A stretch of 64,000 bases of DNA. It comes from Eledone cirrhosa (Eukaryota). The translations under genes and the position numbers were made by a program. The stretch spans positions 13,702,001 to 13,766,000 of the forward strand of contig OZ024766.1 in the NCBI GenBank assembly GCA_964016885.1, given 5' to 3'. The first letter of the stretch is position 1, and every line of letters begins with the position of its first letter. Below, one piece after another: positions 40,262 through 53,537 of this stretch. The notes beneath the pieces are model-generated. The model was not told the origin of the DNA, ran no database searches, and saw only the letters and a program-made list of their open reading frames with translations.

Positions 40262-40448
40262 ATAGGAAAATGTATGACCCCGACGGCAGAGCTGAAGCCG
40301 TTTCGACGGTTATTTCTGGACTAAATTTAGTCCAGAAATAGACGTTGAAACGGCTTGAGCTCTGCCGTCGGGGTCATACATCTTCCTATTACCCACTCTA
40401 CTACCCTAAGTATTGAGTACTCTGGTGCATTATGGTCCATCTGGTTCC
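40262..40448. mobile_element. Short hairpin element family H2 (64-bp-arm palindrome, hammerhead-like)
   Basis: Arms 40262-40325 and 40326-40389; GAAACGGC-loop-GCCGTC in both arms. Related copies at 46651-46759 and 48930-49073. Confidence 0.75.
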
Positions 40449-40555
40449 TTACTACAACTCCTTCGTTATATATATATATATATATATATGTGTGTATATA
40501 TAAGTGTGTGTGTGTGTGTGGGTGTCTGTGACCTCTATACACTGGTTACAGACAG

Positions 40556-40586
<31 letters not shown>

Positions 40587-40939
40587 CACACACTTAGAAA
40601 CTCTTCCTATTCAGCAAGAGACAGTAATGTTGTAATTCAATTCTTTGAAGTCTCTGGTTATAAATTCATTCAACAACACCACCAGCTCTCTCTCTTCCAT
40701 CCTCTGTCTCCTCTCCCTCTCTCTATGTCTCTCGTTCAATCTACTCTTTCACAACCACTATCTCTTTCTATCTTTCTCACTCTCTATTTATGAAGGTACG
40801 CTGAAAAACTCCGTATCTCGGGAACCTGTGCTCCAATTTATGTGAAACTTGTTTTATTACATTTGTATTCCCATTTCAGGGCCAACTTCCTTTCAAACTA
40901 TTTTCCCATTATGTGCCCTTTTGGTTGTATTACATTACA

Positions 40940-41459
40940 CTAGCAGAAAAACCACACTTCAGGTAGTTTTCTGCTAGCATGTGTAGTGTGTATATTGATA
41001 TTATATGCAGGTATATATATACATGTAGATATGATACATCAAATAAAATCATAATTGACAATATATAATACATAGAAATTGAACGAAGACTGCGTTACAC
41101 TGTCTTATGTAATAAGTAACGTAATCCATGATACATTAAAAAAGACGATATTATATATAAACTGCGTTAGGAGAAAATTAGTGACGGAAAATTAGTATGT
41201 TTATTTTAGCGATGGCCAACAGGAAGTGTTGACATTTGAAAATTTTAAAGAAGTGAATCTTTAAATAAACAAAATATATTTAATGAATAGCCACGAAATT
41301 TAGTAGATAAATTATGTAATATTCATTCATTATTTATTCAAGGTAACCCAACTTATTTTACAAACGGGATAAAACTAAAAAAATCGTACGCAATCCCGCA
41401 GGCCTTCCTTATAGTTTAGATTACAGATAAGCAAGCAATAACAGAGTTTTAGTAGTAGA
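40940..41459 (-). mobile_element. Non-autonomous Helitron
   Basis: On the minus strand: 5' A|TCTACTACTAAAA and 3' hairpin CTAGCAGAAAA...TTTTCTGCTAG|T. Confidence 0.7.
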
Positions 41460-41474
41460 TAGATAGATAGATAG

Positions 41475-41797
41475 ATATCTTTATCTGCCACAGGGGTGCA
41501 CAAAAATGGGACATTACAAGACGTGACGGCGGGGATTTTACATAAAAATCATATAACTTTAACATTAATAAATAACAATAAACTATATATAATAAAATAA
41601 CAATTGAAATCCCCAATAGGGGGGAACGTTACTACAGGGTTGTTTTACACCCCATGGATAGAACAACCCTCAACACCAGGAACACGTTTTGTAGGTGTTC
41701 CCGTCTTCCCTCTGTTTATCTTCCTCAACCTACAGGTTTATATCACTCGGGACATTTTCGCCACATTCACTCATCTTTCAGCGAATTTACTGAGGTG
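41475..41797 (-). mobile_element. Second L1/Tx1-like 3' fragment
   Basis: Matches 3612-3960 (VNVAKMSRV; CCCCTGTGGCAGATAAAGATATC tail). Confidence 0.7.
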
Positions 41798-41831
41798 AGA
41801 TAGATAGACAGATAGATATATAGATAGATGT

Positions 41832-42017
41832 ATTGTTTCTACTTTTGGCACAAGGCCAGCAATTACCCTAGTGCATTGCTGGTGCTTTATTCTATCGATT
41901 CCGTAAGGATGAAAGGCAAAATTAACCTTGGCGGGGTTTTAACTCAAACCATAAAGGGTTGTAACTCTATGCCTCACAGCATGGCGTCCGACTCTCTACA
42001 AATACTGCCAATCCACT
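41832..42017 (-). mobile_element. SINE family 1
   Basis: Reverse complement of the 16320-16510 element. Confidence 0.8.
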
Positions 42018-42360
42018 GCCCTTTTCTATCTACAGGAAGTGTTCCATCCCCAAGCCTTAATAGATTCAGGGTGAACAGCTCTGATTGTTCACCTCTACCA
42101 AGGTCTGCCCTCATCTTTGTAGAGAGTTCAAAGTGTTGAATTTTTTCAAACAGGCTCAGATTTCATCACTTATTTCCTTTTGGAATGACAGGGAGGGTTT
42201 GTCTAGAACACAGGTTCTCAACCCATTTAGGCCAAACGCCCCCTTTTGTCCCTCGAAACCACGGAACGCCCCCCCAACACCATATTGTTTCACTTTTTCA
42301 ATATACTACTGATTTTTATATCAGTAGATTACTAAAAAATTGATTAACAATATTCCAAAC

Positions 42361-43008
42361 ATGTGTGTATTATCTGATTATGTGTTGTATGTGGTCCTAG
42401 ATGTATGTATTATCTGATTATGTGTTGTATGTGGTCCTAGATGTATGTATTATCTGATTATGTGTTGTATGTGGTCCTAGATGTGTGTATTATCTGATTA
42501 TGTGTTGTATGTGGTCCTAGATGTGTGTATTATCTGATTATGTGTTGTATGTGGTCCTAGATGTGTGTATTATCTGATTATATGTTGTATGTGGTCCTAG
42601 ATGTGTATATTATCTGATTATGTGTTGTTTGTGGTCCTAGATGTGTGTATTATCTGATTATGTGTTGTATGTGGTCCTAGATGTGTGTATTATCTGATTA
42701 TGTGTTGTATGTGGTCCTAGATGTGTGTATTATCTGATTATGTGTTGTATGTGGTCCTACATGTGTGTATTATCTGATTATGTGTTGTATGTGGTCCTAG
42801 ATGTGTGTATTATCTGATTATGTGTTGTATGTAGTCCTAGATGTGTGTATTATCTGATTATGTGTTGTATGTGGTCCTAGATGTGTGTATTATCTGATTA
42901 TGTGTTGTATGTGGTCCTAGATGTGTGTATTATCTGATTATGTGTTGTATGTGGTCCTAGATGTGTGTATTATCTGATTATGTGTTGTAAGTGGTCCTAG
43001 ATGTGTGT
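42361..43008. repeat. 40-bp minisatellite, 16 copies, inside the hAT element
   Basis: ATGTGTGTATTATCTGATTATGTGTTGTATGTGGTCCTAG. Confidence 0.95.
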
Positions 43009-43190
43009 TCTACTCGCTTCTGTTTTTTTCTTTTCTTTTTTTTTATTTGTAATATTATTTATACAATAGGGAATAAAATGGATCTACATAGTGTTAACTC
43101 GTTACGGTTGAGTCAATAATTTCAGACAAGATTCTAACTGTCTGCGCTCAAAGTGTCTTTGACCCAGTTGACTGTGGGTTTTTCCATTTT

Positions 43191-43315
43191 TAGGATCTCA
43201 ATTACCGGACATGCCTGCACACCTGCTCACAGCTGCAGACAGCATACCTATAGTCTGACCGCAGGTGTGCAGGCATGTCCGGTAATTGAGACGTTAACCG
43301 GTAATTGAGATCCTA
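43191..43315. mobile_element. Nested palindromic MITE-like element
   Basis: TAGGATCTCAATTACCGGACATGCCTGCACACCTGC ... GCAGGTGTGCAGGCATGTCCGGTAATTGAG ... CCGGTAATTGAGATCCTA. Confidence 0.65.
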
Positions 43316-43335
43316 AAATTTGGAAAAAACCAACG

Positions 43336-43366
<31 letters not shown>

Positions 43367-43457
43367 TAACGCGACCTTGCTCCAAAACGCCCCCCGGGGG
43401 TGCATATGCCCCCCGTTGAGAAGCTTTGGTCTAGAATGTCCTCCACTTCCTCTTCCC

Positions 43458-43929
43458 ACTACTGCTGCTACTACCATTACTACTACCACTACCATTACTA
43501 CTACTACTACAACTACTACTACTACTACTGCTACCACTACTACTACCACTACTACTACTACCACTACTGCTGCTACTACCATTACTATTACCACTACCAT
43601 TACTACTACAACTACTACTACTGCTACCACTACTACTACCACTACTACCACTACTGCTGCTACCACCATTACTACTACTACCACCACCACTACTGCTGCT
43701 ACTACCACCATTACTACTACAAGTGCTACCACTACCACTACTACTGCTACTACCACCATCATTACTACTACTACTACAACTACTACTACTACTACTGCTA
43801 CCACTACTACCACTACTGCTGCTACCACCACCATTACTACTACTACCACTACTACTACTACTACTAACACCACTACCACCATCGCTACCACTATCACCAC
43901 TACAACTACTACTACTACCAACACAACTA

Positions 43930-43965
<36 letters not shown>

Positions 43966-45042
43966 ACACCACTACCAGCTAAACTACCCCCACCACCACT
44001 ACTACTACTAACACCACAACCACCATCGCTACCACTATCACCACTACAACTACTACTACTACCAACACAACTACTACCACTACCACCACTACTACTACTA
44101 ACACCACTACCAGCTAAACTACCCCCACCACCACTACTACTACTAACACCACAACCACCATCGCTACCACTATCACCACTACAACTACTACTACTACCAA
44201 CACAACTACTACCACTACTACCACTATCACCACCACTACCAGCTAAACTACCCCCACCACCACTACTACTACCACTTCTACCAATACTATTACTACTATA
44301 AATACTACTACCACCACTACCAACACCATGCCCACTGCCACCACCATCACCACCACCAGCTAAACTACCACACCCACCACCACTGCCACCACCACTACCA
44401 CCACCACTGCCACCACCACTACCATTATCACCACCACCACACCCACTACCATCACCACCTTCTACCATTATCACCACCACCACCTCCACTGCCACCACCA
44501 TCACCACCACCACCACTACCATCACCACCACCACCACTGCCACCACCACTACCACCACCACCACACACAACCATCACCACTGCCACCACCACTACCATTA
44601 TCACCACCACCACACCCACTACCATCACCACCTTCTACCATTATCACCACCACCACCTCCACTGCCACCACCATCACCACCACCACCACTACCATCACCA
44701 CCACCACCACTGCCACCACCACTATCACCACCACCTTCTACAATTATCACCACACCACCACTGCCACCACCACTACCATTATCACCACCACCACACCCAC
44801 AACCATCACCACTATCACCACCACCATCACCACCTTTTACCATTATCACCACCACCACACCCACAACCACCACCTCCACTGCCACCAACACTACTATTAT
44901 CACCACCATCACCACCACCACCACCTCCACCACCACTATCACCACCACCACACCCACCACTATCACCACCACCTTCTACCATTACCACCACCACCACCAC
45001 CACTGCCACCACCACTACCATTATCACCACCACCACCTCCAC
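43458..45042. repeat. 1.6-kb degenerate (ACT)n/(ACC)n trinucleotide tract
   Basis: Directly visible; produces poly-T/V/G/S pseudo-ORFs. Confidence 0.95.
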
Positions 45043-46129
45043 CAGAATTCTGTGTTTGGGTGTGTACTTCCCCACCATCTGTTTATGGAGGGAGAATATA
45101 CTGACCAATCAAAATCTTGTAAATTCCATATTATGTGAGATAATTATGTGAGAAAAAGCCTTCACCATGAAAATATAATAGTAATGTAAATGCTAAAGGG
45201 TTAATGCTATCGTTAATATTAATTATCATTAGAAAATAAAATTACAGATCAAAATTTATAAATTTAAAACTTCAAAAATCTAAAAATTTAAACATTTCAA
45301 ATTTCAAAAATTAAAAGTCAGAAAACCATAGCTTTAAATTGTATTCTCCCTTTGCGGTTATTGGTCGGTATATTATCCCGCCATAAATGGGAGGTGGACA
45401 CACACACACCCAAACACAGAATTCTGCCGAACACCGAAGCTAGCAGTAAACAACAAATCTGTGGCTGATTTGAACTCTCTGTGACCGTATCATATTGCCA
45501 GCTAAGATGGTGGGGGACTGGTGGCTGAGAGGTTGTCCTACTGGACTCAGGGGCCCTATCCACCCCAGCATTTTACATCATGGACTGGGTGGTTTTATTG
45601 TACCACCAGCACTAGAGAGGTTGTCTTACTGGACTCAGGGGCCCTATCCACCCCACCATTTTACATCATGGACTGGGTGGTTTTATTGTGCCACCAGCAC
45701 TTGAGAGGTTGTCTTACTGGACTCAGAGCTCTTCTTCAATCCATAGTTTAGCATGCTTTTTAATAACTGAATGCTACTACAACACACCGAAACACAGAAT
45801 TCTGCCGAACACCGAAGCTAGCAGTAAACAACAAATCTGTGGCTGAATTGAACTCTCTGTGACCGTATCATATTGGCAGCTAAGATGGTGTGGGGCTGGT
45901 GGCTGGGGTGAATCACCTATGGTAGTAGTAATCTGGGTGGTGGTTAAGTGGTCAACTTCCCGCACCTCTGTGTCTATGCTGAGCTGCGGGAAGTCCTGAA
46001 CTTCACAAGGGAGCTGACAACCCCAGCAAAAACAATAATTTTTTTTTAGTCCACTCCCTAGCACCCAGGACTGCCTCTGAAACGTAACATTTTACTCAAT
46101 TTTGCTTCGTTTGGAACTGGTAAAATCTT

Positions 46130-46186
<57 letters not shown>

Positions 46187-46194
46187 TACATAGT

Positions 46195-46584
46195 AAAACC
46201 TACTCCAGCCAGTAGGCATCTCTAACAAAATACACCCCGTCCCACCACCCCCACCCCCACCCCATCCACACCACCCCGTTTTATGTAAAGTTATGTTGGT
46301 GCCGCGCCATCCAGGCCGAAATAAATGAGATCGTGTAGGTGTCACGACAAAAAAAACACACAGTCCACGCTGTAATGTGGCCGTGTAGGCAACACGGTAA
46401 AAACCTCCCAGACCCACACTGTAAATGTGGTTGGTTTTAGGAAGGGCATCGAACTGTAGAAAACCTGCCAGACAGTCCTATGCGAGCAAGACAATCACTC
46501 TTGCCTCAAGTGGGACTACCCCCGTCCAAACCCATGCAAGCGTGGAACACGGACGTTAAACGTTGATGATGATGATGATGATGA
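46195..46584 (+). mobile_element. Solo RTE family A 3' UTR
   Basis: Near-identical to 48510-48882. Confidence 0.88.
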
Positions 46585-46650
<66 letters not shown>

Positions 46651-46652
<2 letters not shown>

Positions 46653-46758
46653 GGAACCAGTAAGACCCCGACAGCTGAGCTCAAGCCGTTTCGACGGCTA
46701 ATTCTGGAGTACTTTGGTGCGTTATGGTCCACCTGGTTCCTTACCACATTTCCTTCGT

Positions 46759-46759
<1 letters not shown>
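46651..46759. mobile_element. Family H2 hairpin element with central deletion
   Basis: 46651-46708 matches 49009-49066; 46709-46759 is the reverse complement of ~48929-48980. Confidence 0.7.
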
Positions 46760-46814
<55 letters not shown>

Positions 46815-46815
<1 letters not shown>

Positions 46816-47293
46816 TAGATGAATTACCCGAGCCTTGCTGCATTTCACACATTTTTTTTGTAAGAAAATGATGATTGATTGATTAGTGATATAATTTATG
46901 GGGAAAAACTCTGCATTTCAATATTACTCAATGTAAAATGTAATGCATGAAAAATTGGAAAACATTATTTTTTGTAATATAACAAATCAAAATTACATTA
47001 TTAAATCTTATTCTTATTTTGTTTCTTGTAAATAGTTTTTTTCAAAATATCAATTCAAAGCTTTTGTGAATAGGCATCATATGTTGTCATTTAACTTTGG
47101 TTTAAATTTCATATAATTCGAACAGAAACATTTTTCAGCAGGGGTTTTGTGCCTCTGGGGAACCCTTTGATTAAAATGAAATATACTTATCCAAGTACCC
47201 TGGTGAATGTAGTTTCAGAATATATAAGGTTATGGGGGTCTATCTCTAAGACCATAGGAGGAGTTCATGAACAAACAAACAAACAGGAATACA

Positions 47294-47300
<7 letters not shown>
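46815..47300 (-). mobile_element. Non-autonomous Helitron/Helentron-like element
   Basis: A|CTAG..TACCCGAGCCTTGC terminus and ACAAACAAAC...CTTTATATATA opposite end. Confidence 0.5.
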
Positions 47301-47374
<74 letters not shown>

Positions 47375-47391
47375 CAATATATATATATATT

Positions 47392-47425
<34 letters not shown>

Positions 47426-47635
47426 TATATATATATATGAATATATATATATATTTATATATATATAAATATATACTATGAAATATGAGTTGAAAACTCA
47501 GGCAGTCCTTTATCAAATATATTAATTTATATTAACTTGTATAAATATATATATATATTTTATATATATAAATATATTTATATATATATGTATATATATA
47601 TATATTTATATATATAAATATATATATATATAAAT

Positions 47636-48882
47636 AGAGTCAAAAGGACTTAAAATTAACCTGGCTAAGACCAAAGTTCTAGTTTGTAGGAAAGAAAACA
47701 AGGCGGCGGTCCCTTCTGGGAAATGGTCGTGCTCGGTATGTAGGAAAGGCGTAGGTAGAAACTCCATCTTATGTCCTAAATGCAAAGTATGGGTGCATAA
47801 AAGATGTAGTGGGATCACAGGTAAGCTAACTAAGAACATAGACTTTACATGTGGCCGGTGTTCTGGTGCAATAAGTAGCAGCAAGTGCCCACAAAATACT
47901 AGCTCTTTCAATTGCGCAGAGGGTTTTATAGAAATAGTGGACAGCTTCCGTTACCTGGGCGATAAAATCAGCAGTGGGGGAGGGTGCTCTGAAAGTACTG
48001 TAGCTAGAGTCAGAACTGGTTGGAAAAAGTTCAGAGAGCTTATACCACTATTAGCTGCTAAAGGGTTCTCCCTAAAAATGAAAGGCAGGTTGTACGATGC
48101 CTGCATACGAACAGCAATGTTGCATGGTAGTGAGACCTGGGCATTGTGTGCAGAGGATATACGCAGACTAGAGAGGAACGAAGCTTGCATGCTCCGCTGG
48201 ATGTGTAACAGTAATATACGTGAACGGCAAAGCATAAACGAACTAAGGAAAATATTAGAGATAAGAGGGATCAGATGTTGTTTACTCGAGAGAAGGCTGC
48301 GTTGGTATGGACACGTGATGCGCATGAAAGTCGATAGCTGTATTACAAAGTGCAGGGCAATAAAGATAGACGGTAGCCACGGAATAGGCAGACCTAGAAA
48401 AACATGGGACGAGCTGATAAACTCCGACCTCACACACTTACACCTCTCCAAGACAATGTCACTGGACCGTGACCTTTGGCGGTACTCAGTAACAGAGAAG
48501 ACCCGCCTTGCCAGTAGGCATCTCTAACAAAATACACCCCTCCCGCCGCCACCCCCACCCCATCCACACCACCCCGTTCTATGTAAAGTTATGTTGGTGC
48601 CGCGCCATCCAGGCCGAAACAAATGAGATCGTGTAGGTGTCACGACAAAAAAACACACAGTCCACGCTGTAATGTGGCCGTGTAGGCAACACGGTAAAAA
48701 CCTCCCAGACCCACACTGTAAATGTGGTTGGTGTTAGGAAGGGCATCCAACTGTAGAAAACCTGCCAGACAGTCCTATGCGAGCAAGACAAATCACTCTT
48801 GCCTCAAGTGGGACTACCCCCGTCCAAACCCATGCAAGCGTGGAACACGGACGTTAAACGTTGATGATGATGATGATGATGA
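47636..48882 (+). mobile_element. 5'-truncated RTE family A copy (PHD-like finger + C-terminus + 3' UTR)
   Basis: Open frame to 48527, near-identical to 1498-2220 and retaining the segment deleted there; flanked by (TA)n. Confidence 0.93.
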
Positions 48883-48894
48883 TAAATATATATA

Positions 48895-48929
<35 letters not shown>

Positions 48930-48931
<2 letters not shown>

Positions 48932-49073
48932 CGAAGGAAATGTGGTAAGGAACCAGGTGGACCATAACGCACCAAAGTACTCAATACTTGGGGTAGTAGA
49001 GTGGGTAATAGGAACCAGTAAGACCCCGACAGCTGAGCTCAAGCCGTTTCGACGGCTAATTCTGGACTAAATG
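48930..49073 (-). mobile_element. Family H2 element (single arm)
   Basis: Homologous to 40326-40448. Confidence 0.72.
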
Positions 49074-50977
49074 AAAATTTATCCTGGTATTTAAATAGCC
49101 GATCTTCTCAAGGGGTAATTCCATATATGGTCAAAGTGATTGTCAAAAATCAGTAGTAATTCTGTGATTGCAAATTAGTAGGGGAGATGGTGGCTAAACC
49201 TGCCAGTAGGATAAAGAGGGGAGGGGGTGGAGTAGACCCAATCAAGCGTTGGTAGTGCCAGCTACAGCTGGGCATGAGGTCAAAGAAGATACTGGGGAGG
49301 GGGGAGTCGGAACGGTAGGTAGAACAATGGGGGGTAAAAATATATATGAAAGAAAAAATACTGAGAGTGAAGAAAAGCGGATAAGTGTAAAGAAAAAAGT
49401 AAAGCAAGTTCTACGACCTAGGTCTCTAGCTATTGTTAGGCTAGAATAAATAAATAAATAAAGAAAGAAAGAAAGAAAGAAAGAAGTAAAGAAAGAAATA
49501 AAGAAATAACGAAATAAGTAAATGAACTATGTGGGACGGAATAGGCAAGAACCCTTTTAAGAGGTATAAGTACGTAAATGATACGGTGACGGGTCAACAA
49601 ATGGGGCCAAAATACTAAAGAGACTACCACGAAATAAATAATAAAGGTTTCCATCCCGGGCACAATTCCAGCAACCACCCAGTGCAGCAAAGTGAACTAG
49701 TACGAGATAATAATTCTGAGTCCCGAAAAAAATATATACTAATGCTAACTCTAAAAGATCTAAAACAAGCTACATGAAAGTTCGTACGAAGTAAAGGTAG
49801 AATACGGAAAAATAAATTCAGAATCCACCCCGCCCAAAAGAAAAGCGAAGAAAGAAATACTGAAACGAGAAAATAAGGCATAAGTGCCACTAAGAAATAT
49901 AGAAGGCACGGAGAATAGTGGGAGAGGTCGGAAAAAGGGGGCAAGTATCCGGGGTCTAAACCAACTGCTATAAAAGGCGGAGTCCGCCAAATCTATCATA
50001 GACTAGGGAAGAGGGTGGGGGTACTAAGGCTACAAGGGGCCAAAGGGCAGCCTCGGGTGGGCGAGAAAAGACGCCGACAAAGGAGAAGAGCTGGGGTAGA
50101 AGGACTAAGGAGGGAAGGGGGGAAGGAAATAAAGGAAGCGATAAAAGAATAAAAAGAAGATCTTACGTCTCCCTTGGCAAGCAGGGGTTACCCATTGCAA
50201 AATCGGCAAGTGGGGTGTTATAGGAGGGGCAGCCAGTTGGCCATGCAAAACCCACATGTTACCACAGTTTTGGGGCCCATCTCTCTCCAGGCAGATTTCT
50301 TCCAGAGAAAGAGAGAAAGTGAGAGAAAGGAAATGAGATGTAGAGGAAGAATCAACTCCAGTATTTGACTGGTACTTTTTTGTCGACCTTGAAAGGATGA
50401 AAGACAAAATTGACCCCAGCAGGATTTGAAACCAGAGACCAGAATGAATACCATAAAGCATACACATATATAAAAATGTATATATACATATATAACCAAC
50501 ATTAAATTAAGGGTGCCATAACATCTCTAAAATATGCTCAAAGATTCTAACGGATAGATCCAAGCATTTATAAGCATTCAATTAAAAATCGATTGACATA
50601 TATATATATAAAATAAACATATCAAACAATGACAGGGGATAATTTGTAAAGAGTGTAAGCACACATAGGTAGGTAGGGAACTAATTAAAATTTAACGAGA
50701 ACATCAAATATAGAAACCTTTCAATAATGATTAATCTCCTATATACATATATATCTACAATTATATAAAATAATATTTTCCTTGCTACCGAGAAATCAAT
50801 ATGACAAATTTTGAAGTGAATAAAATTGACATCTTACCTGAAGGACAACAATTTCTTCTATGACAGATTTCTTTAGACTTTTAATAATCAGGTGCCTGTA
50901 ATTTAATGAAATGATCTTTATATGACCCTTACATATATATTTCAGAACAGGATGTAAATAATATTTTGTATACATAC

Positions 50978-51343
<366 letters not shown>

Positions 51344-51393
51344 ATATATATATACATATATTTATATACACCGTAGACAATAGAAACTTCTAG

Positions 51394-51441
<48 letters not shown>

Positions 51442-51447
51442 CGTGTG

Positions 51448-51485
<38 letters not shown>

Positions 51486-52711
51486 CATACGCACATATAT
51501 ATATGTATATATGTATATAAATATATATATATATATTTATATTATGTATGTATATATATATGTGTGTGTGTGTGTACGTGAGTGTGTATGTGTGCATGTG
51601 TGTGGGCGTGTGTCTGTGTGTATATTTTATCAGTATCAGTAACTAGACATTAGCCATGCTGGAGCAATGCTTCACTTAGTCTATCATATCGACCCAAGTT
51701 CCTATTGTTTTAAAATCTGGTAAATATTTTCTCAGTCATATATTTGTTGAACTATTGATATATATATATATATAGGTGTGTGTGTGTGTGAGAGTGTGTG
51801 TGTGTGTGTGTCTGTGTATTATTTGTTGTTTTCGTAATTGTTTTGGCATTAATATATGCTGGTTGGATGCCCTTCCTAACACCAGCCCCACCATTTTACA
51901 GCATGGACTAAGTGGTTTTATTGTGCCACCAGCACTAGAGAGGTTATCTTACTGGACTCAGGGGCCCTATCCACCCCACCATTTTAAAGCATGGTCTGGG
52001 TGGTTTTATTGTGCTACCAGCACTTGAGAGGTTGTCTTACTCGACTCAGAGTTCTTCTTCACTCCATAGTTTAGTATGGTTTTTAATAGCTGCATGCTAC
52101 TACCATTACCTCCCTGTTACAGCATGGACTGAGTGCTTTTATTCATGCCACCAGCAGTAGGGAAGTCATCTTATTAGATTTAAGGGACTTCTCTACCCAG
52201 CACCAATTTATTCGGAGTGGTAGCTCTCCTAGGCGGGTTGCCTACACTACATCTTACGGAGTCTTCATCCGACCCATGACTGCCCTGAGTGGAACTGGGT
52301 TCAAGATGCTATAAACACGAGGAAGTTGCTAGCATACAGTGTCAGGCATTTATAGTGGAGGTGATAGAGGTGGGGTGGGCAGGTGGTTTGGGAAATGGTG
52401 ATTTCCTAACACAGGTTTATTGTACAAATACATACACATAAATATTGACATCCTATATAAGAAATTATGTATATATATATATATATATAGACACACATTC
52501 AACACGCATATATACATCTATATATGATCATACACATCAATATATGTGAACATCTAAAGAAATCAGGAAATTGAAAATCAACATTTATCTGAGCTCTATA
52601 TCCATCTACACTAATGACCCTTTTTTTAAGTCTCATCTCAGCATCTCTTAACACAGCTTATGGCACAAATACGCATAAATATTGCCATCCTATCGCAATT
52701 TCCTAACACAG

Positions 52712-52799
<88 letters not shown>

Positions 52800-52966
52800 T
52801 TTATACTTATATATACACTATATATAATTATAAACAGGAAAGGTCAGTAATTCATTACTACCTTATTACCAGTAAGAAAAATAGCTCGATGTAAATACAT
52901 CAGATGTTTTACAGAGCTGGAATATAATATGCAGAATAATCAAAATTATGTTCAAAACAATTTATT

Positions 52967-53011
52967 GCTGACAATCGTTTCTTCCAAACTTTAGTTTGGA
53001 ATCATCGGAGC
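52967..53011 (-). ncRNA. Minimal type I hammerhead ribozyme motif (U4C variant)
   Basis: GCU CCGAUGA UUCCAAAC-UAAA-GUUUGGAA GAA AC-GAUU-GU C^AGC: perfect 8-bp helix II, 2-bp helix III, GUC site. Confidence 0.65.
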
Positions 53012-53024
53012 TCTAGGAAAGTTT

Positions 53025-53350
53025 AGACATATTATTAACCTCCTATTCCACAGAACAATTGTAAAGATACATAGATGTTAGTGTTGTCATTAACAGTGTC
53101 ATAATTAAAGAGTGAAGATGATGTGGTCAGTATCAGTAGATGCGACAAAGATTATAAAGGAATAATACGTATTATTCTTTTATAATCTTTTATAATCTCT
53201 ATAATTGTATTATTCTTTTATAATCTTTGTTGCATCCACTGATACTGACCACATCATCTTCACTCTTTAAATATGACACTGTTAATGACAACACTAACAT
53301 CTACGTATCTTTACAATTGTTCTGTGGAATAGGAGGTTAATAATTTGTCT
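53025..53350. repeat. Near-perfect inverted repeat, ~145-bp arms
   Basis: ATTATTAACCTCCTATTCCACAGAACAATTGTAAAGATAC... vs ...GTATCTTTACAATTGTTCTGTGGAATAGGAGGTTAATAAT. Confidence 0.9.
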
Positions 53351-53537
53351 GATTTACTCGTTTTATTTACAATCCTTTAAAATTTATAATGGTATTAGAA
53401 TGAAATAGTATGGTAGAATATTAAATGTTAAGTGTTAATTGAACAAGTACTTTCATGCTTTCGCAGTCTTCAGGTTCAAATTCTGTGGTGACAGTCAAGT
53501 TTGCAATTTTCAACTGTATATATATATATATATATAT

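Larger units (their letters stand above)
42209..43428. mobile_element. hAT (Charlie-type) non-autonomous DNA transposon
   Basis: 8-bp TSD GTCTAGAA at 42201-42208 and 43429-43436; TIRs CACAGGTTCTCAAC / GTTGAGAAGCTTTG. Confidence 0.8.

Noticed and set aside
43313-45108. Mucin-like poly-Thr / Gly-Ser-rich ORFs
   Set aside because: Degenerate trinucleotide tract; the Thr-rich ORF begins inside a hAT MITE terminus.
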